In this document: in pieces, positions 11,861-25,690 of the stretch
How positions within the stretch are numbered: the first letter of the stretch is position 1
How the letters are laid out: every line of letters starts with the position of its first letter
Position numbers and translations under genes: made by a program
Assembly (NCBI RefSeq): GCF_006345805.1
Contig: NC_043001.1
Location: 100,998,001-101,062,000, forward strand
Reading direction: 5' to 3'
Source of the DNA: Octopus sinensis
Taxonomy: Eukaryota
DNA length: 64,000 nucleotides
The notes under the pieces: model-generated
What the model was told of the DNA's origin: nothing
The model's database searches: none
Seen by the model: only the letters and a program-made list of their open reading frames with translations

Positions 11861-13215
11861 ATTACAGTATGTAAGGTTAAATGTGTGTACGTCTGGAGGC
11901 CTCTCCGTAGTGTTCACAGCCACAGATACCCTTATTGGTTTGTGCGCATGTCTGACGATGTCTGACGGCCCTTATCTATATATGACAGATAATATGATAT
12001 ATATTTGTGTGTGTATGTGTATTTGTAAATATATTTGTATTTATGTGTATGTTTGTGTGTATGTATGTTATGTACATATACTTGTTTCTGTTGTGTTATG
12101 ACTACGTGTGTTTAGGTATTTCTATTAATATGAGTATGTGTGTGTGTGGGGGGGGAGCTGTGCACATGTGAGAGAGAGAGGTAGAGGGGAGAGAGAAACG
12201 TTTTGATTGAATTAGGGAGTATATGAGTTGACTAGATCTATGTGTGTGTATGATGCATCACTCTTCAAAGTGTGTTTGTATATGAGTCTGAAAGAAGACG
12301 GTGCAGGAGAGATTAAGAGAGAGAATATGATACCATGATTATGTGTGCATAGATGGATATAGGTGTGTATGTGTGGCAGTGTAAAAATTGATGTACAGGA
12401 GTCTGTTAGCATATGTAATTGCACCTAAATATGCACTGCATGTGTGCATGTCTGTGCATTTAAGTGAATGCATACATTGATGTGTGTGGATGTATGTGTA
12501 TGCATCAGAACAGTTTTCAATTAATAATTCTAAACCGAAATTCCCATCAGATTACCAACAAGTTCTTGTGTGAACAAGAATTCTTGACTCTTAAAATTAC
12601 ATTCCTTTCTGTGAATGTTTCTTTTTTCTTTCTTCTGTTATTACTCGCTTGTTGAAAATGACTACCCCCAACATGATACTCAACCAATACTAATACTACC
12701 CATGACCAACCCACACGATCCACGCTAAATTAAACTACTATTTTTAACCTTCTTCCCATCTGTACTTTTGAGGTTTCAATTTATGAAACAATTGCGATTC
12801 ATTTATTTATTTGTTTGTGTTGCCATACGATATATTGAATAAGAGGCAACAGATTCTCTATATATTTAATAACTACTAGTGCTTGCCAAGGTGGTGGCGG
12901 TGGCGGCGGCGGAGGTGATGGTGAGGGAGCCATTGTGTGTAGTTTTTGCTTGGAATGGAAACTGATCATAAGTAAACAATTCCGAAACTAAATACTTTCT
13001 GGATGCTGTCATCACAATATTGATTTCTAACATTGGCAAAGACCATGAAGCATTGTCAGAGGGGAGTGCCATTAATTTAAATAACCCCCATTATTTAGCT
13101 GGTACTTATTCTATTAATCTTTGAAAAGAGGAAGGCTAAAAGGTAAGGTGACTGTTGAAACGGTAGGGATATATGTAGCAATCTTTTATTCTATCCTAGT
13201 TATTATCAACATAAT

Positions 13216-13428
13216 CTTTTCTACTCTAGGCACAAGGTCCGAAATTTTGGGGGATGGGGCCAGTCAATTAGATCGACCCCAGTATGCAACAGGTACTTAT
13301 TTTATCAACCCCAAAAGGATGAAAGGCAAAGTTAATCTCGGCGGAATTTGAACTCAGAATTTGACAGACGAAATATCACAAAGCATTTCGCCCGGCATGC
13401 TAACGTTTCTGCCAGCTTGCTGCCTTAT
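13216..13428 (-). mobile_element. SINE-like family S3
   Basis: Core ctgagttcaaattccgccgag...ctttcatcc..ggggttgataaaataagtacc; further copies at 16975-17172, 24972-25188, 41850-42040, 46378-46512 (+), 56270-56472, 61972-62130, 62195-62365. Confidence 0.75.
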
Positions 13429-13930
13429 CATCATAATGTGAATCCTAGTGATAAGGATGCTGCACTCATGATTGCTAGATCATGAGTTCGATTCCCAGTT
13501 TGGACAGACCGTTGTCTGTTTGAGCAAAACACTTCATGTTGCATTTCACTCCACTCAGCTGTGATGGATTACTCTTCAGATCAGGGACGATGTTGGCTTA
13601 TTTGCTCAGCCAGTTGTTGAGTGGCTTCATTTCAAGGCTAAAACAATGGGAAGTGTATTGTGAACAGCGATGTATAGCAATATTTGGCAGTCTGGTTGAT
13701 ACTGTGTTACCGTGAATATCATAATAATGCAACCCTTGTCTGACTTTGAATGGTTGGTAAGAATGGAATCAGAAGGATTGTTATCTAATTATTTGTTCCT
13801 GCAAATGCGGTGCTGGCGGGGGTAAAAGTAATATTTTGAAAGTATTTAATACGCATGTTTCAGGTTTTCAGAATATATAATAGGAAATGCATCCAGTACG
13901 TAAGACCATCTTCAGTTAAAACATCTTAAT

Positions 13931-14657
13931 CATAATCATCATCATTTAGCATCTGCTTTCCATGCAGGCATGGGTTGGACGGTTTGACTGAAAATTGGTA
14001 AGCCAGGTAGCTGCACCAGGTTCTGATCTGATTTGGCAATGTTTCTAATGTTGGATGCCCTTCCTAACACCAACCACTCCAAAAATGTTGTGGGTGTTTT
14101 TTTACATGTCACGGGTGCCATTGACCTGACACTGGCATTAGCCTCACTTGCCTTGACAAGTCTATACAAGCACGGTATATTGCCGAAGGTCTCGGTCACC
14201 TGTTACTGCCTCCATGAGACCCAGTGCTCGAATGGTGCTTTTTACATCACACCAACATGGGTGCTAATCAGACGGCATTGGCACCAGCCACATCTACGGT
14301 CTCACTCAGCTCAACAGATCTTCACAAGCACAGCATATCACCCAATGTTTGAAGGGTGCTTTAAAAGGCCAGTTACACAAGACTGGCATCAGCCACAACT
14401 ATGATTTCCCTCAGCTTGACAAGTCTTCTCAAGCACAGCATATTGCCAAAGGTCTTGGTTGCTTGTCATTGACTCCATGAGGCCCAACATTTGGAGATTG
14501 CACTTTACCACCTCATCCCATGTCATCCTGAGTCTACCTCTTCCACAGGTTCCCTCCAATGTTAGAGTGCAACAATTCTTCACACAACTGTCCTTGTCCA
14601 TATGCATGACATGACCATACCAGTGAAGTCGTCTCTCTTGCACACCACTGTCTCACA
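13931..14657 (-). mobile_element. 5'-truncated RTE-clade LINE (ORF C-terminus, 3' UTR, (GAT)n tail)
   Basis: MQERRLHWYGHVMHM...GTCGRGRLRMTWDEVVK, the typical RTE C-terminal WxGHV and RGRP..W motifs. Confidence 0.85.
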
Positions 14658-17600
14658 CATATATGATGGGCTTCTTTTCAGTTTCCATCTACCAAATCCA
14701 CTCACAAGGTTTTGGTTAGTCCAAGGCTATAGTAGAAGACACTTGGCTGAGGTGCTGCACAGTGGGACTGAACCCAAAACCATGTGGCTGGGAAGCAAGC
14801 ATCTTACCACACAGCCATGCCTGCACCTATTTACTTATGTTATTCAACATTATTATGACCCTAATCCTAACCCTAACCAAATCCAAAGAGAAGCAGATAA
14901 TACGTCACTATCAAGTTGTAAAAGTTACTGCCAAGAAACATTTTGGTAAGCTTTGTTGTTATGAACCAGAAAGAATCTTTAAAAACCTTGGTTCTAAAAT
15001 ATAGAACAGTATCAGGAAACGTTGATAAACTACCCCAACATGGTACCCTGTCTTGAAATGGTCAGAAACAAATGGACTCACCTACTAAAAGAGTAAATTT
15101 TTATGAGAATGTAGTGGTGAACCAAATAACCTTGCAGGGTAACAACACTCACAGAGTATTTAAATAATAAACAACAGCATTGCTTTGACAAACCAAAGAT
15201 AATAAAAAGTTGCAGGAGCTGTCACAATTTTACAATGATCAACTTGGACAATTATGAAAGAATGGTTCAGACCAATTCTCTCTGATTTCTTCATAATGAG
15301 AGTTAACACTCAATTGATAAAATGGTGTGAAAATTCATTCCGAAACAAATGAATGTCACAATGCTGTTTCCTCAAACAGAAACACTTTGGAGAGAAACTA
15401 ATACTTCAAGGTTGATAGTGGTGCCAAGGATATTTTTGATGTCTATCTGTGATGACAGAGAAGTTAAAGAAATTAAATGGCGGCGGCGGTGGTGGTGGTG
15501 ATGGTGATGATTGTGGTGGTGGTTGTGGTGGTGGTAGCAGTGATGGTGGTGGAGGTGGTGGCAGTGGCAGTGGCGACGGTGGTGTTTTTGTTGTTGTTGG
15601 TGGTGGTGGTTGCGGTGGTGGTAGCAGTAATGGTGGTGATGGTGGCGATGGTGGCGGCAGCGATGTCGTTGTTGTTGGTGCTGGTTGCGGTGGTGGTAAT
15701 GCTGTAATGTCAGAAAAAGTGTTAGAGTTGCTGGAGAGGCCAGAGGAAGTAGAGGTGGAGAGACACTACAGGTGAGTGTAGTAAGGGCTGTGGAAATATT
15801 CCTCCAGTAGAGTATTTTTATGTTACTATAACATTCGTTCAGATTCCATTCATCCTTGGATTAGGATAGTCTAGTGGATTTATCTCATAAAGTTTTTCAG
15901 AATATCTCGATGATTAAGAACAAACTTGCCAGGAACTCTTGAGACATTTTCTCTTCTCAGTTAAAAAGATACAACTAAGTTGATGCCTGTGTTTTTTGAG
16001 AATTGTAAGAATGAGTGTGTCTTAAGTTATCACTTCTGCAAATCAGTTTCCAAGCCCTCAATTTAGGGTCCCACCTCACTAATGTCAACTATATTATCTT
16101 TCCTCGTACCAACACTAACATTAATTAATCATTCAGCATTCAGGTTTCTCTGTCAAAGGTAAATACTTGTCTATTTACATTGTTTGAATTTCAATCATGG
16201 ATCATTTTTCATCCTTGAAATTTATATGTTCGATGATCATTAAAGTGCAATGACCTCTACAGTACCCAGCATTCAAATTGGTTTTCTCTTCCTCGGTTAA
16301 TCAGAAACATAGATTGCCATGCTACTCATAAACCTTCTTGGCAGTTCAATTATTTGGTGAAAAAAATATCACCAAAGCAACTTAAACGGTCCAAAGGACG
16401 GGTGCATTTGCTAGTCTTAAATAAAGGCTAGATAATGTAAGTAATGATGAACAAAAAGTCAGAGGGGTAACAGCTGAAGCAGTTTTCCTTGATCCGGTCT
16501 GAATAGCATTAAACAACAACAATTCCAACGACAACAACAACAACAACAACCAGATACTGTTTCTGAATGTCTGCTACCATTTAATCAATTGTAACATTGT
16601 CCGTTGTTAGTGTCCCTTTTTCCCCATGAATTCCCCTATCAATGACTGCTGTCTGATAGAGTTCTTATCAACAGTTCATCTCATATTCCATACTCAATAT
16701 CCACACTCCCTCCCTCCCTCAGAACCACAGAATCAACCAACATTGAAAAATCTCAGTTACAAATATGGCATTTATTCTCTAATATCAACCAATATTCTTG
16801 TTTATCATTTACCATTCAACATGCAATGAACATGATCTAAACATTTCTTTCTTTCTTGTCAGAAATTCTTAACAAAATACTTTACTGGTAAACTCACAAA
16901 ACTCAGTCTTCTTTTCTCTCTGCTTCATTCCTTTCCATTCTTGCATAATTCTTGTATAGCAGTTTCAAATTTTGGTACAAGGCCAGCAATTTTGGGGGAG
17001 TGGGTAAGTGAATTACATCGGCCCTAGTGCTTAACTGGTACTTATTTTTTTGACCCCAAAAGAATGAAAGGCAAAGTTGAGCTTGGCAGAATTTGAACTC
17101 AGAACATAAAGACAGACAAAATGCTGCTGAGCATTTTTTCTGGCTTGCTAATGATTCGACCATCTTGCCACCTTACAATTCCTGTATATTATTTGCCATT
17201 TCTCATACATACTTCTTCTTGTTTGTTTTTTTTCCCTTTAAATTCTTAAATCTTTCCATGTCTTACATGGTTCCTTCTGTTTCTTGTGGTTCCTATTATC
17301 GTTATTTGACATCATTGCCAACTGATGTGAAAACTTTTATTTCTATTCAATATTTCCTTAACATTTTACTTTCTTTTACCATAACCTAACATTTAAAAAT
17401 GCCACTCACTTGTGCACACCATACATCACCACCACCACCACTACCACATACATAAACACTTATATCCACATGCAAAAAAAAAAACCCCAAACAAACAAAC
17501 AAACAAACAAAAACAAAGCAACTGCATATTTCAAATGCAAAGAAAAGACAATTAGGAAATAATAAGAAAATAATGCCCTTTGTATTCAAGATAGAGGAGT

Positions 17601-17784
17601 CCTATCATCAGAAGAATGCAGGAATTAAATTAACCGTAAAATAACCACTTCTTGCAAACATTTTCCCCTCATTACAACAAAAGCAAAAATAAATCCAAAA
17701 TGAAATATTTCTTTCATATAAAATGACAAAATGAAATATTTAGCTGTAATATGATACCACTGCATTGAAATAAATTTAAGAAAC

Positions 17785-17797
17785 TACTACTACTACA

Positions 17798-17883
<86 letters not shown>

Positions 17884-17937
17884 CACCACTATTTCTACCA
17901 CCATCATAGCCACTACCATTAATGTCACTACTATTAC

Positions 17938-17979
<42 letters not shown>

Positions 17980-18000
17980 CAACAACAACAACAACAATAA
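17785..18000. repeat. Compound (CTA)n/(CCA)n/(TAA)n/(CAA)n microsatellite
   Basis: Direct runs. Confidence 0.95.
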
Positions 18001-18498
18001 GAATAATGATAATTTCTATAATAGCTAACACAATAATAATATAAATAATAATTTTATCTGATGAAATTTCGTCAGAGTTTTTGCTTTTTACTCTGTAATG
18101 TAATAAAACCTTCCAGTATTATTATTGTTGTTGTTGTTGTTGTTGTCATTGATGAAATCATTGATATAAAAAAAAAACTTCTCCATCTTCACCACCATTG
18201 TCATCAAATACATCATCATCATCATCATCATTGTCATTTTCAACAACAGCATCACTATCACGATCACTCATACCATCTCCATCATCATCATCATCGTCAC
18301 TCATTACTAACGATGTTTATTATTGTGTTTGTGCGTGAATGTTAATGTGTGCTTGTGTGTGTGTGTGTGCATGCGCATGTTTGTACATGTGTGTGTATGT
18401 GTATGTGTTTGTATACATACATACATATAATGTATGTGTATATATATTTTTATATTTATATTTATATATCTATACACTCACACACATATGTATATATG

Positions 18499-18542
<44 letters not shown>

Positions 18543-18596
18543 CAAACATGTTCATATATATATACACACACACACACATGCATTACATATATATAT

Positions 18597-18645
<49 letters not shown>

Positions 18646-19216
18646 TATATACATACATATGATGTTTATATATAAATATATTTATTTATTTGGTCCTCTC
18701 CTCCACAAAAAAGAATTACATTCAAAACGTTGTTTGCTTTTTCTTCTTCTTCTTCTTAATACAGTTAAGACTCAATTTTGAGGTAGAAAAATTAGTTTAG
18801 CTTCCACTAAGTACATTTTATATCAGGTGAGAATCGCAAGATACACTGACTTTCACAAGTACTATCAGCTATTAAACTGAAGCACATATCATTTCCATAT
18901 ATGTTATTTCACCTGCTTCATAAAATAAAGGATCTCTGGAAATGAAAACAAAAATACAAAAACAAAAGACACAAAATAAAAAACCGAAAATACATTAATA
19001 TATTATCCATTGTTTACATATTTATTTCATTTCACTCAGTTCATTTGTTCCTAATTTATTGTTTTTTTTCTATTGTTCACATTTTTATATTTATATACGC
19101 GTGTGTGCATGCTTATGTGTGCACTTTGTGAATGTGTGTATACTCATATCTATACACTTGACAGTATGTGACTATATATATATAATATAATATTTATACA
19201 TAGACTTATATCTATG

Positions 19217-19285
<69 letters not shown>

Positions 19286-20415
19286 ATATTTATATATATA
19301 TTTTTATCTATGTATATGTGTGTATAATATATATATACATATATATGATATTTAAATATATATATGTATATATAGATTTATATATATATATATGTATATA
19401 TATATACATACACATATATGATATTTAAATGTAAATGTATATCTATGTATATATAGATTTATATACACATATATGTATATGTATATATAAATGATATATG
19501 TGCGCGTATATTTGTGTGTAATCTTTTCTTGTAATGAAAGTGTATGTCTGTATATGTCCACTTGCAGGTGTGTGTCTTCATGTTTGTGTAAATGGAAGTT
19601 TTTTTGCTTCTTTAACTGTTTTTTTTTTTCATTATTTTTTTTTTATATAATTATATCTCATTTCTTTCCCTTCTTTTCATTATTTTACTTTTCTTCTTTT
19701 GCATACATTTAAAAAATATTTGTGTGTGTCAGTGTGCCTGTAAATTTATACATGCATATGCATATACGTGTTATTTTTTTTTTGTGTGTGTGTGTGTGTA
19801 TACACATATACGTACACATTTGCATATATTTACATTATTTATGCTTTCTGTTTGTATATTTTAATTTTTCTCATAGAAATCAATGTTGTTTTTAATTGCA
19901 TTAGATCATTGACACAGCAAACCATTGAATATGTGTCTAAGAGACTGTTTTGAGAGAAGTGAGAGTGCAGAAAAGAAATGAAATATTAAAAGTAAATGAG
20001 TGATTAAATTGTTGAATAAGGATTAATGATAATGAATAAAATATTAGTGTTTATTCATTGTGATTTTGTATGTATGTCAGCCACCGAATATATCCGATGC
20101 CTAATTTTGTTATAATGAACTAATCTTTCACTTCTACAGCACACAACTAATGTGTTTGGTTGTTGCTGTTATTTTGTTCAAAGCCAAAGTGAATTCAATT
20201 ATTTTTCATTAAAGACAATCCAACCACGACTGATCCACTTTGTACATATCTTTAGTTACATTGTTGAATGTCACATGGTTTATGCTTATAGGTCTCATAT
20301 GATTGTAATGCTTATGTACATATCATAAATTATATGTATACATATATTGCAACATACACACACACACATATACACACATACACACACACACACTATATAT
20401 ATATATATATGGGCC

Positions 20416-20526
20416 AAATACCCTAGTACTTTAAGTTTCAAAGCTTGATGCCATTGGAAATTTCTAATGGCTGAGGATTAGCATCAAGCTTTGAAACTTA
20501 ATGAAACTTAAAGTACTAGGGAATTT
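20416..20526. repeat. ~110-bp hairpin with a hammerhead-like motif on the plus strand (20468-20518)
   Basis: Arms ccctagtactttaagtttcaaagcttgatgc / gcatcaagctttgaaactta(atgaaactta)aagtactaggg; CTGAGGA at 20471, GAAA at 20493, GTA at 20513. Confidence 0.65.
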
Positions 20527-20650
20527 AAATGAAACATTTTTGAGCCATACATGTAACTCCCAATAAATGTGTAGAGTGCCCTTCTTCCGTTTTTCCACAC
20601 ACTCATATATATATAAGCATATATAGTGTGTGTATATATATATATATATA

Positions 20651-20713
<63 letters not shown>

Positions 20714-20756
20714 TACATATATATTTACAGTATGTGTATATATACATAAACATATA

Positions 20757-21818
20757 CTTGTTTTTCTAAAATGCACCATAAATGTTCAATAATATTGAGA
20801 TCTGGGGACTGTGGTGGCCAGATAAAGTGTCCAACTTCACTAGAATGTTCCTTGTGCCATTCAGTAACAACTTAAGCTGTGTGAATTGGTGCATTATCAT
20901 CCTGAAAGATTTGCGTTTCCCTCTGGAAACAGTTCTGCAACCACAGGATGAATTTGATCAGATAAAATGCTTAAATAGTCTTGACTATTAATTCTGCCAT
21001 GAAGGAAAACCATTGGGCCATCAAATTTCCAAGATATAGCGCCCCCCACAGATCATCACAGATCCTCATCCATGTTTAACAGTTGGAAGAAGGCAGGCTG
21101 GATCAAATGCTTCTTTTGGCTGTCTCCACATGTATACTAAGCTGGTGGTTGGAAATAAGGTAAAGGATGACTTGTTTGAGAAAATAACATTCTTCCACTG
21201 CTCTAGGGACCAATTCTGTAGGTTTTTACTCCACTCTAAATGCTTTGCAATGTTTGTCTTTGAAAGTAGTGGTTTTCTGATTGCAGCCCTCCCATGAAAT
21301 CTGGCTTTGTGCAGCTCCTGGCAAACAGTTCTGTGGAGACTGTGCTCTCAAGGTGGTCATTAAACTCTGCAGTAATTTTGGGAGCTGTACTTTTGTGATC
21401 CCATCTAACAATTTATGTAAGAATCCGATGGTCCCTATCTGAAAGTTTTGGTTTTCTCCCAGAGTTTTGTTTCGATGAGGAGGTTTTTCCCTCTTTCTCA
21501 CAGTCTGTCATTACTTTCGAGACAGTACTTCTTGATGCACAAAATATTTCGGCTATTTTCATTATGCTGGTGCCTGCCATATGAGCACCAACAATTTGAT
21601 CTCTTTGAAAGTTCGATAGATCTGTCATTTTAACGAATTTTAATTACCTTTTTCTGATGATATCTGAAAAGAAACAGCAATTTTAGCAAAACATATTAAG
21701 CAACACTAATAATAAATCAAAAAAACATAAAAATAAACAAGCTCTTTACAGTTTTATTGATATTTCAAAATTATTATGCTATGATGCTAGGTGTTTCTTT
21801 TATTTAGTCCAACCCCTG
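20757..21818 (-). mobile_element. Decayed Tc1-family DNA transposon (one TIR retained)
   Basis: HTH region MTDLSNFQRDQIVGAH...SGRKPKLSDRD, WGAIS-like motif, C-terminal WPPQSPDLNIIEHLW; TIR CAGGGGTTGGACTAAATAAAAGAAACACC at 21790-21818; several stops and frameshifts. Confidence 0.85.
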
Positions 21819-21907
21819 TGTGTATGTATATATATATATATATTGATAGAAAAGGTAAGACAACAAAAGAATGAAAGAGACCTCGATATTATGTAAATAG
21901 AGGAATT

Positions 21908-22110
21908 TATCTGTAAATGTAATATGTGACAATTATTCGGTAGCCATGATAAAACTCTGCATTTCAGATGCCAGGGTGGAAATCCACACTGCTATCTCTT
22001 TAGTGATCCAGCCATCGGAAAGTTGGTGGCGTGGATTTCCACCCTGGCATCTGAAACTTGGAGTTTCATCATGGCTAGCGAATAATTGTCACATATTACA
22101 TTCACAGATA
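21908..22110. repeat. Fold-back element with ~80-bp arms (21908-21987, 22031-22110) and a degenerate hammerhead on the minus strand
   Basis: Arms tatctgtaaatgtaatatgtgac...gtggaaatccac and its reverse complement; minus strand CTAAAGA-GAT...ATC-T-GAAATG. Confidence 0.75.
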
Positions 22111-22364
22111 TATATATATATATATATGTATATCTTTGTGTGTGAGTCTTTGTGCATGTGTTTGCCCCACCACCATCACCACTGCTCGACAACTGGTGTT
22201 GATGTATTTGCATCCCCATAACTTAGCGATTGAGCAAAAGAGACCAATAGAATAAGTAACAGGCTATAAAAAGTAAGTTGGTTTCAATTTGTATGACTAA
22301 AACCCTTCAAGGTCATACCCCAGCATAGCCACAGTCAAAAATGCCTGAAAGGAATATAAGATGC

Positions 22365-22395
<31 letters not shown>

Positions 22396-23168
22396 CGAGA
22401 AAGAATTAACTTGAATCTTTATTGCTCTTTGTATATATATATATATATATATATATCCCTGTTTCTTGTGAGTATGCCATGGCACTTCACCCACATCTCT
22501 CTCGCTCTCTCACTCGCTCTCTCTTTCTCTCTCTCTCACTCTCTCTCTCTCTCTTCCTCCTTAGCTGGGTAACCATGTACTTCCTCTACAGCAAGACACC
22601 TGTTTCTGCCTCTCTGCCACACCCAAACCTTTCATCATTTGACACAGAGTCACCTCCTCCAATGCCGCCTCTCCTCTCAAAGGATCTTTGTCTTGCAAGT
22701 TACTTGGTGACTCGGCCAGTGTTTGGTGCCATACAAAAAGCATTCAGTCCACACTGTAAAGTGGTTAGCATTAGGAAGGGCATCCATCCGTAAAAACTGT
22801 GCCAAAACAGACACAGAAGCCTTGTGCAGGCTCCAGCCTGGCCAACTCCTGTCAAACTGTCCAACCCATGCCAGCATGGAAGGCAGATGTTAAACAAGGA
22901 TGATAATGATGATGATGATTGTAAATAGTATTATTTTATGCTGTACACTTTGCCCCGCCAGTGCTGGTGGCCTGAGAAACGCATCCTGTGCCCTCTGTAC
23001 AGATGTTGGCATTAGGGAGAGTGTTTAGCTGCAGAAACCATCTCAAAACAGGCAATAGAGATTGGCACTGTGCCCTGGTTTTCCAGCTTGTATTACACCA
23101 TCCAACCCATGCCAGCAGGGAAAATCAACGTTAAATGATGACAACGACGAGGAGGAGGATGGACTTAC

Positions 23169-23250
23169 ATCATAACTGTTCCAGGAGAACACCAGTATAT
23201 ACCACAACATTCCTCAACAGACCTTTTCCCCCACACACTCACAACACATA
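23169..23250 (-). CDS. Candidate 82-nt exon (unidentified)
   Basis: Acceptor ttctttgacttttag and donor AT|gtaagt; one open frame xCVVSVWGKRSVEECCGIYWCSPGTVM. Confidence 0.25.
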
Positions 23251-24602
23251 CTAAAAGTCAAAGAACTAATGTTTAAGAATTATGAATTGTAGAATTGTAG
23301 AATCTTCCGGCATCATGTAAAAGAGAACTCCATGTTGCTATAAACTCTGCACACACAATTAATTCACTTCAAAAATCTTTCATGGAATCTTCGATATGGA
23401 TGCCATAACTAAAGGAATTCCAAATGAGTTTTATGTCATTCTTTCTTGTCTTTATATCCCTCCAAAATAATTTCTTATACTATCAAATATCTGTTTAGGG
23501 CACAACTGATTACCTTCATCATTCACTAAATTCTGAAGAATATTTTTTAAGGTGTAACATGTGTCACCATTTTTTTCGTTTTTTTTTTTTTATTGACAGT
23601 GTTTTAGAAGAGAGCATCTGTTGTTACATGCCTTCATATGATGAATTCTTCACATGACTTCTTCTCTGGAAATTAATCCAAAGTCTCATACCAACTGAAT
23701 CTTGTGTGGAATCTGCATCACTTTTCTATATCATTTTTTAGCTGAAACTTCAGGTTTTCAAATTTGACATCAACTATATTTCCTTGTTAGGTCCAATTTT
23801 AATTATAAATAAAATAATAAAAGCAGCTGACCAGTTCTTTTATTTACAGGCAAAACAATACAATTGTCTTTATTCAGAGAGTAAGCTGTAGAAAAATAAA
23901 CTTGAATTGATACAAAAATACTGACTGTAGTTTTGAAATAAGCCAATTTTAGTCTAAACTAAATGAAAAACTAAGCACAATAGAAATTATGTCAAAATTG
24001 TTCCTGTCAGTAAATTTGGACTTGAGTAACTTTATCATATTTCAGAGAAAAGAAATATGGGAAACTCTGCAAAACTAGCAACCAGAATTATTCTTAAGCA
24101 ATTTCTGAATATTTAAAAACAGAAAACAGTGAGTCATATTCCCAATCCTAAAGTTTAAGGTTGTAGCAGTGATTTGAAACTGAATCCCTGGATACACAGT
24201 TATACATAACAAACAAACCCCCATACTTTCAAGCAGTTAGTCTGTTAACTGGTTAATCAGTGTGAAGCAACGATACGGACAATTTTACTCAAACATTCAA
24301 GAATTTGACTTGTGGTCCCCTATAAAATCCATGTGGCATGCATTTTTAAAAACCAGACAACCCAGGAGGGCAGCTAAGACAGTTGGTGCAGATAAATACC
24401 ACGAGTGTAGCACATTTGTTTCCAGTTATGTTGGGCAAGCTGCAGATCACCATACGAACCACTTGCTGTAAATTACAAGCAGTATATCTCTCCCAGTATG
24501 TAATTATTGTCATCTGTAAAAGGCTAACGCCATTTGTATTTACATGCGATAATAAAATCTTCTGTTAAGTGTCCGCAAGTGTTGTTCATTTACTTCTTCA
24601 AG

Positions 24603-24700
24603 CAGCCCAAGGAACATGTTTCCATTTGTCGACTCAGTCAATCACCCCGCACCTCATTTCCACCTCCAGCCAGCCCCATCAATCTACAGACTGCAATAAG
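24603..24700 (+). CDS. Candidate 98-nt exon (unidentified)
   Basis: Acceptor tttacttcttcaag, donor AAG|gtaaca; frame QPKEHVSICRLSQSPRTSFPPPASPINLQTAI open; locally raised GC. Confidence 0.25.
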
Positions 24701-25352
24701 GTAACATAGACAATCCAAAGATGTTTCCCATCTTAGAAAAACTTAGAAATGTGCTATATACGAAGGACCAGATTTCAGAATAAAGGGATTTCTCAGCAAT
24801 AGGATATAATAGGGCTCAGTTTGGAAATGTGAGATGTGCACTTGTATGCTTTCCGTTCTCAACATTTGTATGCAGTAGTGCTAAATGGCATAAATTGCAG
24901 AGCTATATTACAAACCAAGTTTGTGAAATATGGATTGTTAATTTTCATTCACATCAGTGCTGACAAGAATATTCTTTTCTACTCTAGGCATAGGGCCCGA
25001 AATTTGGGGGGAGGGGGCCAGTTGATTAGATCAACCCCAGTATGCAACTGGTACTTAATTTATTGATCCCCAAAGGATGAAAGGCAAAGTCAACCTTGGC
25101 AGAATTTGAACTCAGAACATACAGACAGATGAAATACTGCTAAGTATTTCATCCGGCGTGCTAATGTTTCTGCCAGCTTGCTGCCTTAGTACTGACTAGA
25201 ATATCAAACAATCATGAGCTTCTTTGTGGTCATTGGGACAATTAAAAATAGCAGTCAAATCTTCTTCAAATTATATGTTACCATGTTAATGAAGAATTGA
25301 CATATTAGATAATATAGTCCAGGATTAAAAATTCCTGAAAAGAAAAAAGTCT

Positions 25353-25690
25353 GCAGGGGTGGCTGTGTGGTAAGAGGGTTTGCTTCCCAAATATATGAGC
25401 AAGTGTCTTCTACTATAGCTTTGGGCTGACCAAAGCCTTGTCAGTGGATTTAGTAAATGGAAACTGAAAGGATACCATTGTGTGTGTGTGTGTGTGTGTG
25501 TCTGTGTTTCTACCCTTCCACCACTTGACAACCAGTGTTGGTGTGTTTATATCCATAACTTAGCAGTTGGGCGAAAGAGACTGTTGGAATAAGTACAAGT
25601 TTAAAAGTACTGAGGTTGATTTATTCAACTCAAATTCTTCAAGGCAGTGCTCCAGCATGGCCAGTCTCATGACTGAAACATATAAAATAT
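25353..25690 (+). mobile_element. SINE S1 copy
   Basis: ggctgtgtggtaag...aagtgtcttctactatagc...; other S1 pieces at 14662-14826 (-), 22125-22340, 37892-38060, 62837-63255. Confidence 0.7.

Noticed and set aside
15075-15095. 3-nt microexon ttttag|TAG|gtgagt on the minus strand
   Set aside because: Lies in a probable decayed LINE; no supporting evidence.
15449-15775. Gly-rich (+) or Pro-rich (-) exon with a CAG|gtgagt donor
   Set aside because: Degenerate GGT/GGC microsatellite open in several frames; no acceptor or homology support.
23330-23700. L1/Tx1-like linker (DEGNQLCPKQIFDSIRNYF) on the minus strand
   Set aside because: Too degraded to assign; also true of 14880-15420, 42560-42780, 44130-44360 and 60500-60790.
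23850-23880. 31-nt plus-strand exon candidate, and a similar 62-nt one at 45654-45715
   Set aside because: Good splice motifs, but such matches are expected by chance in 64 kb of AT-rich DNA; no homology.
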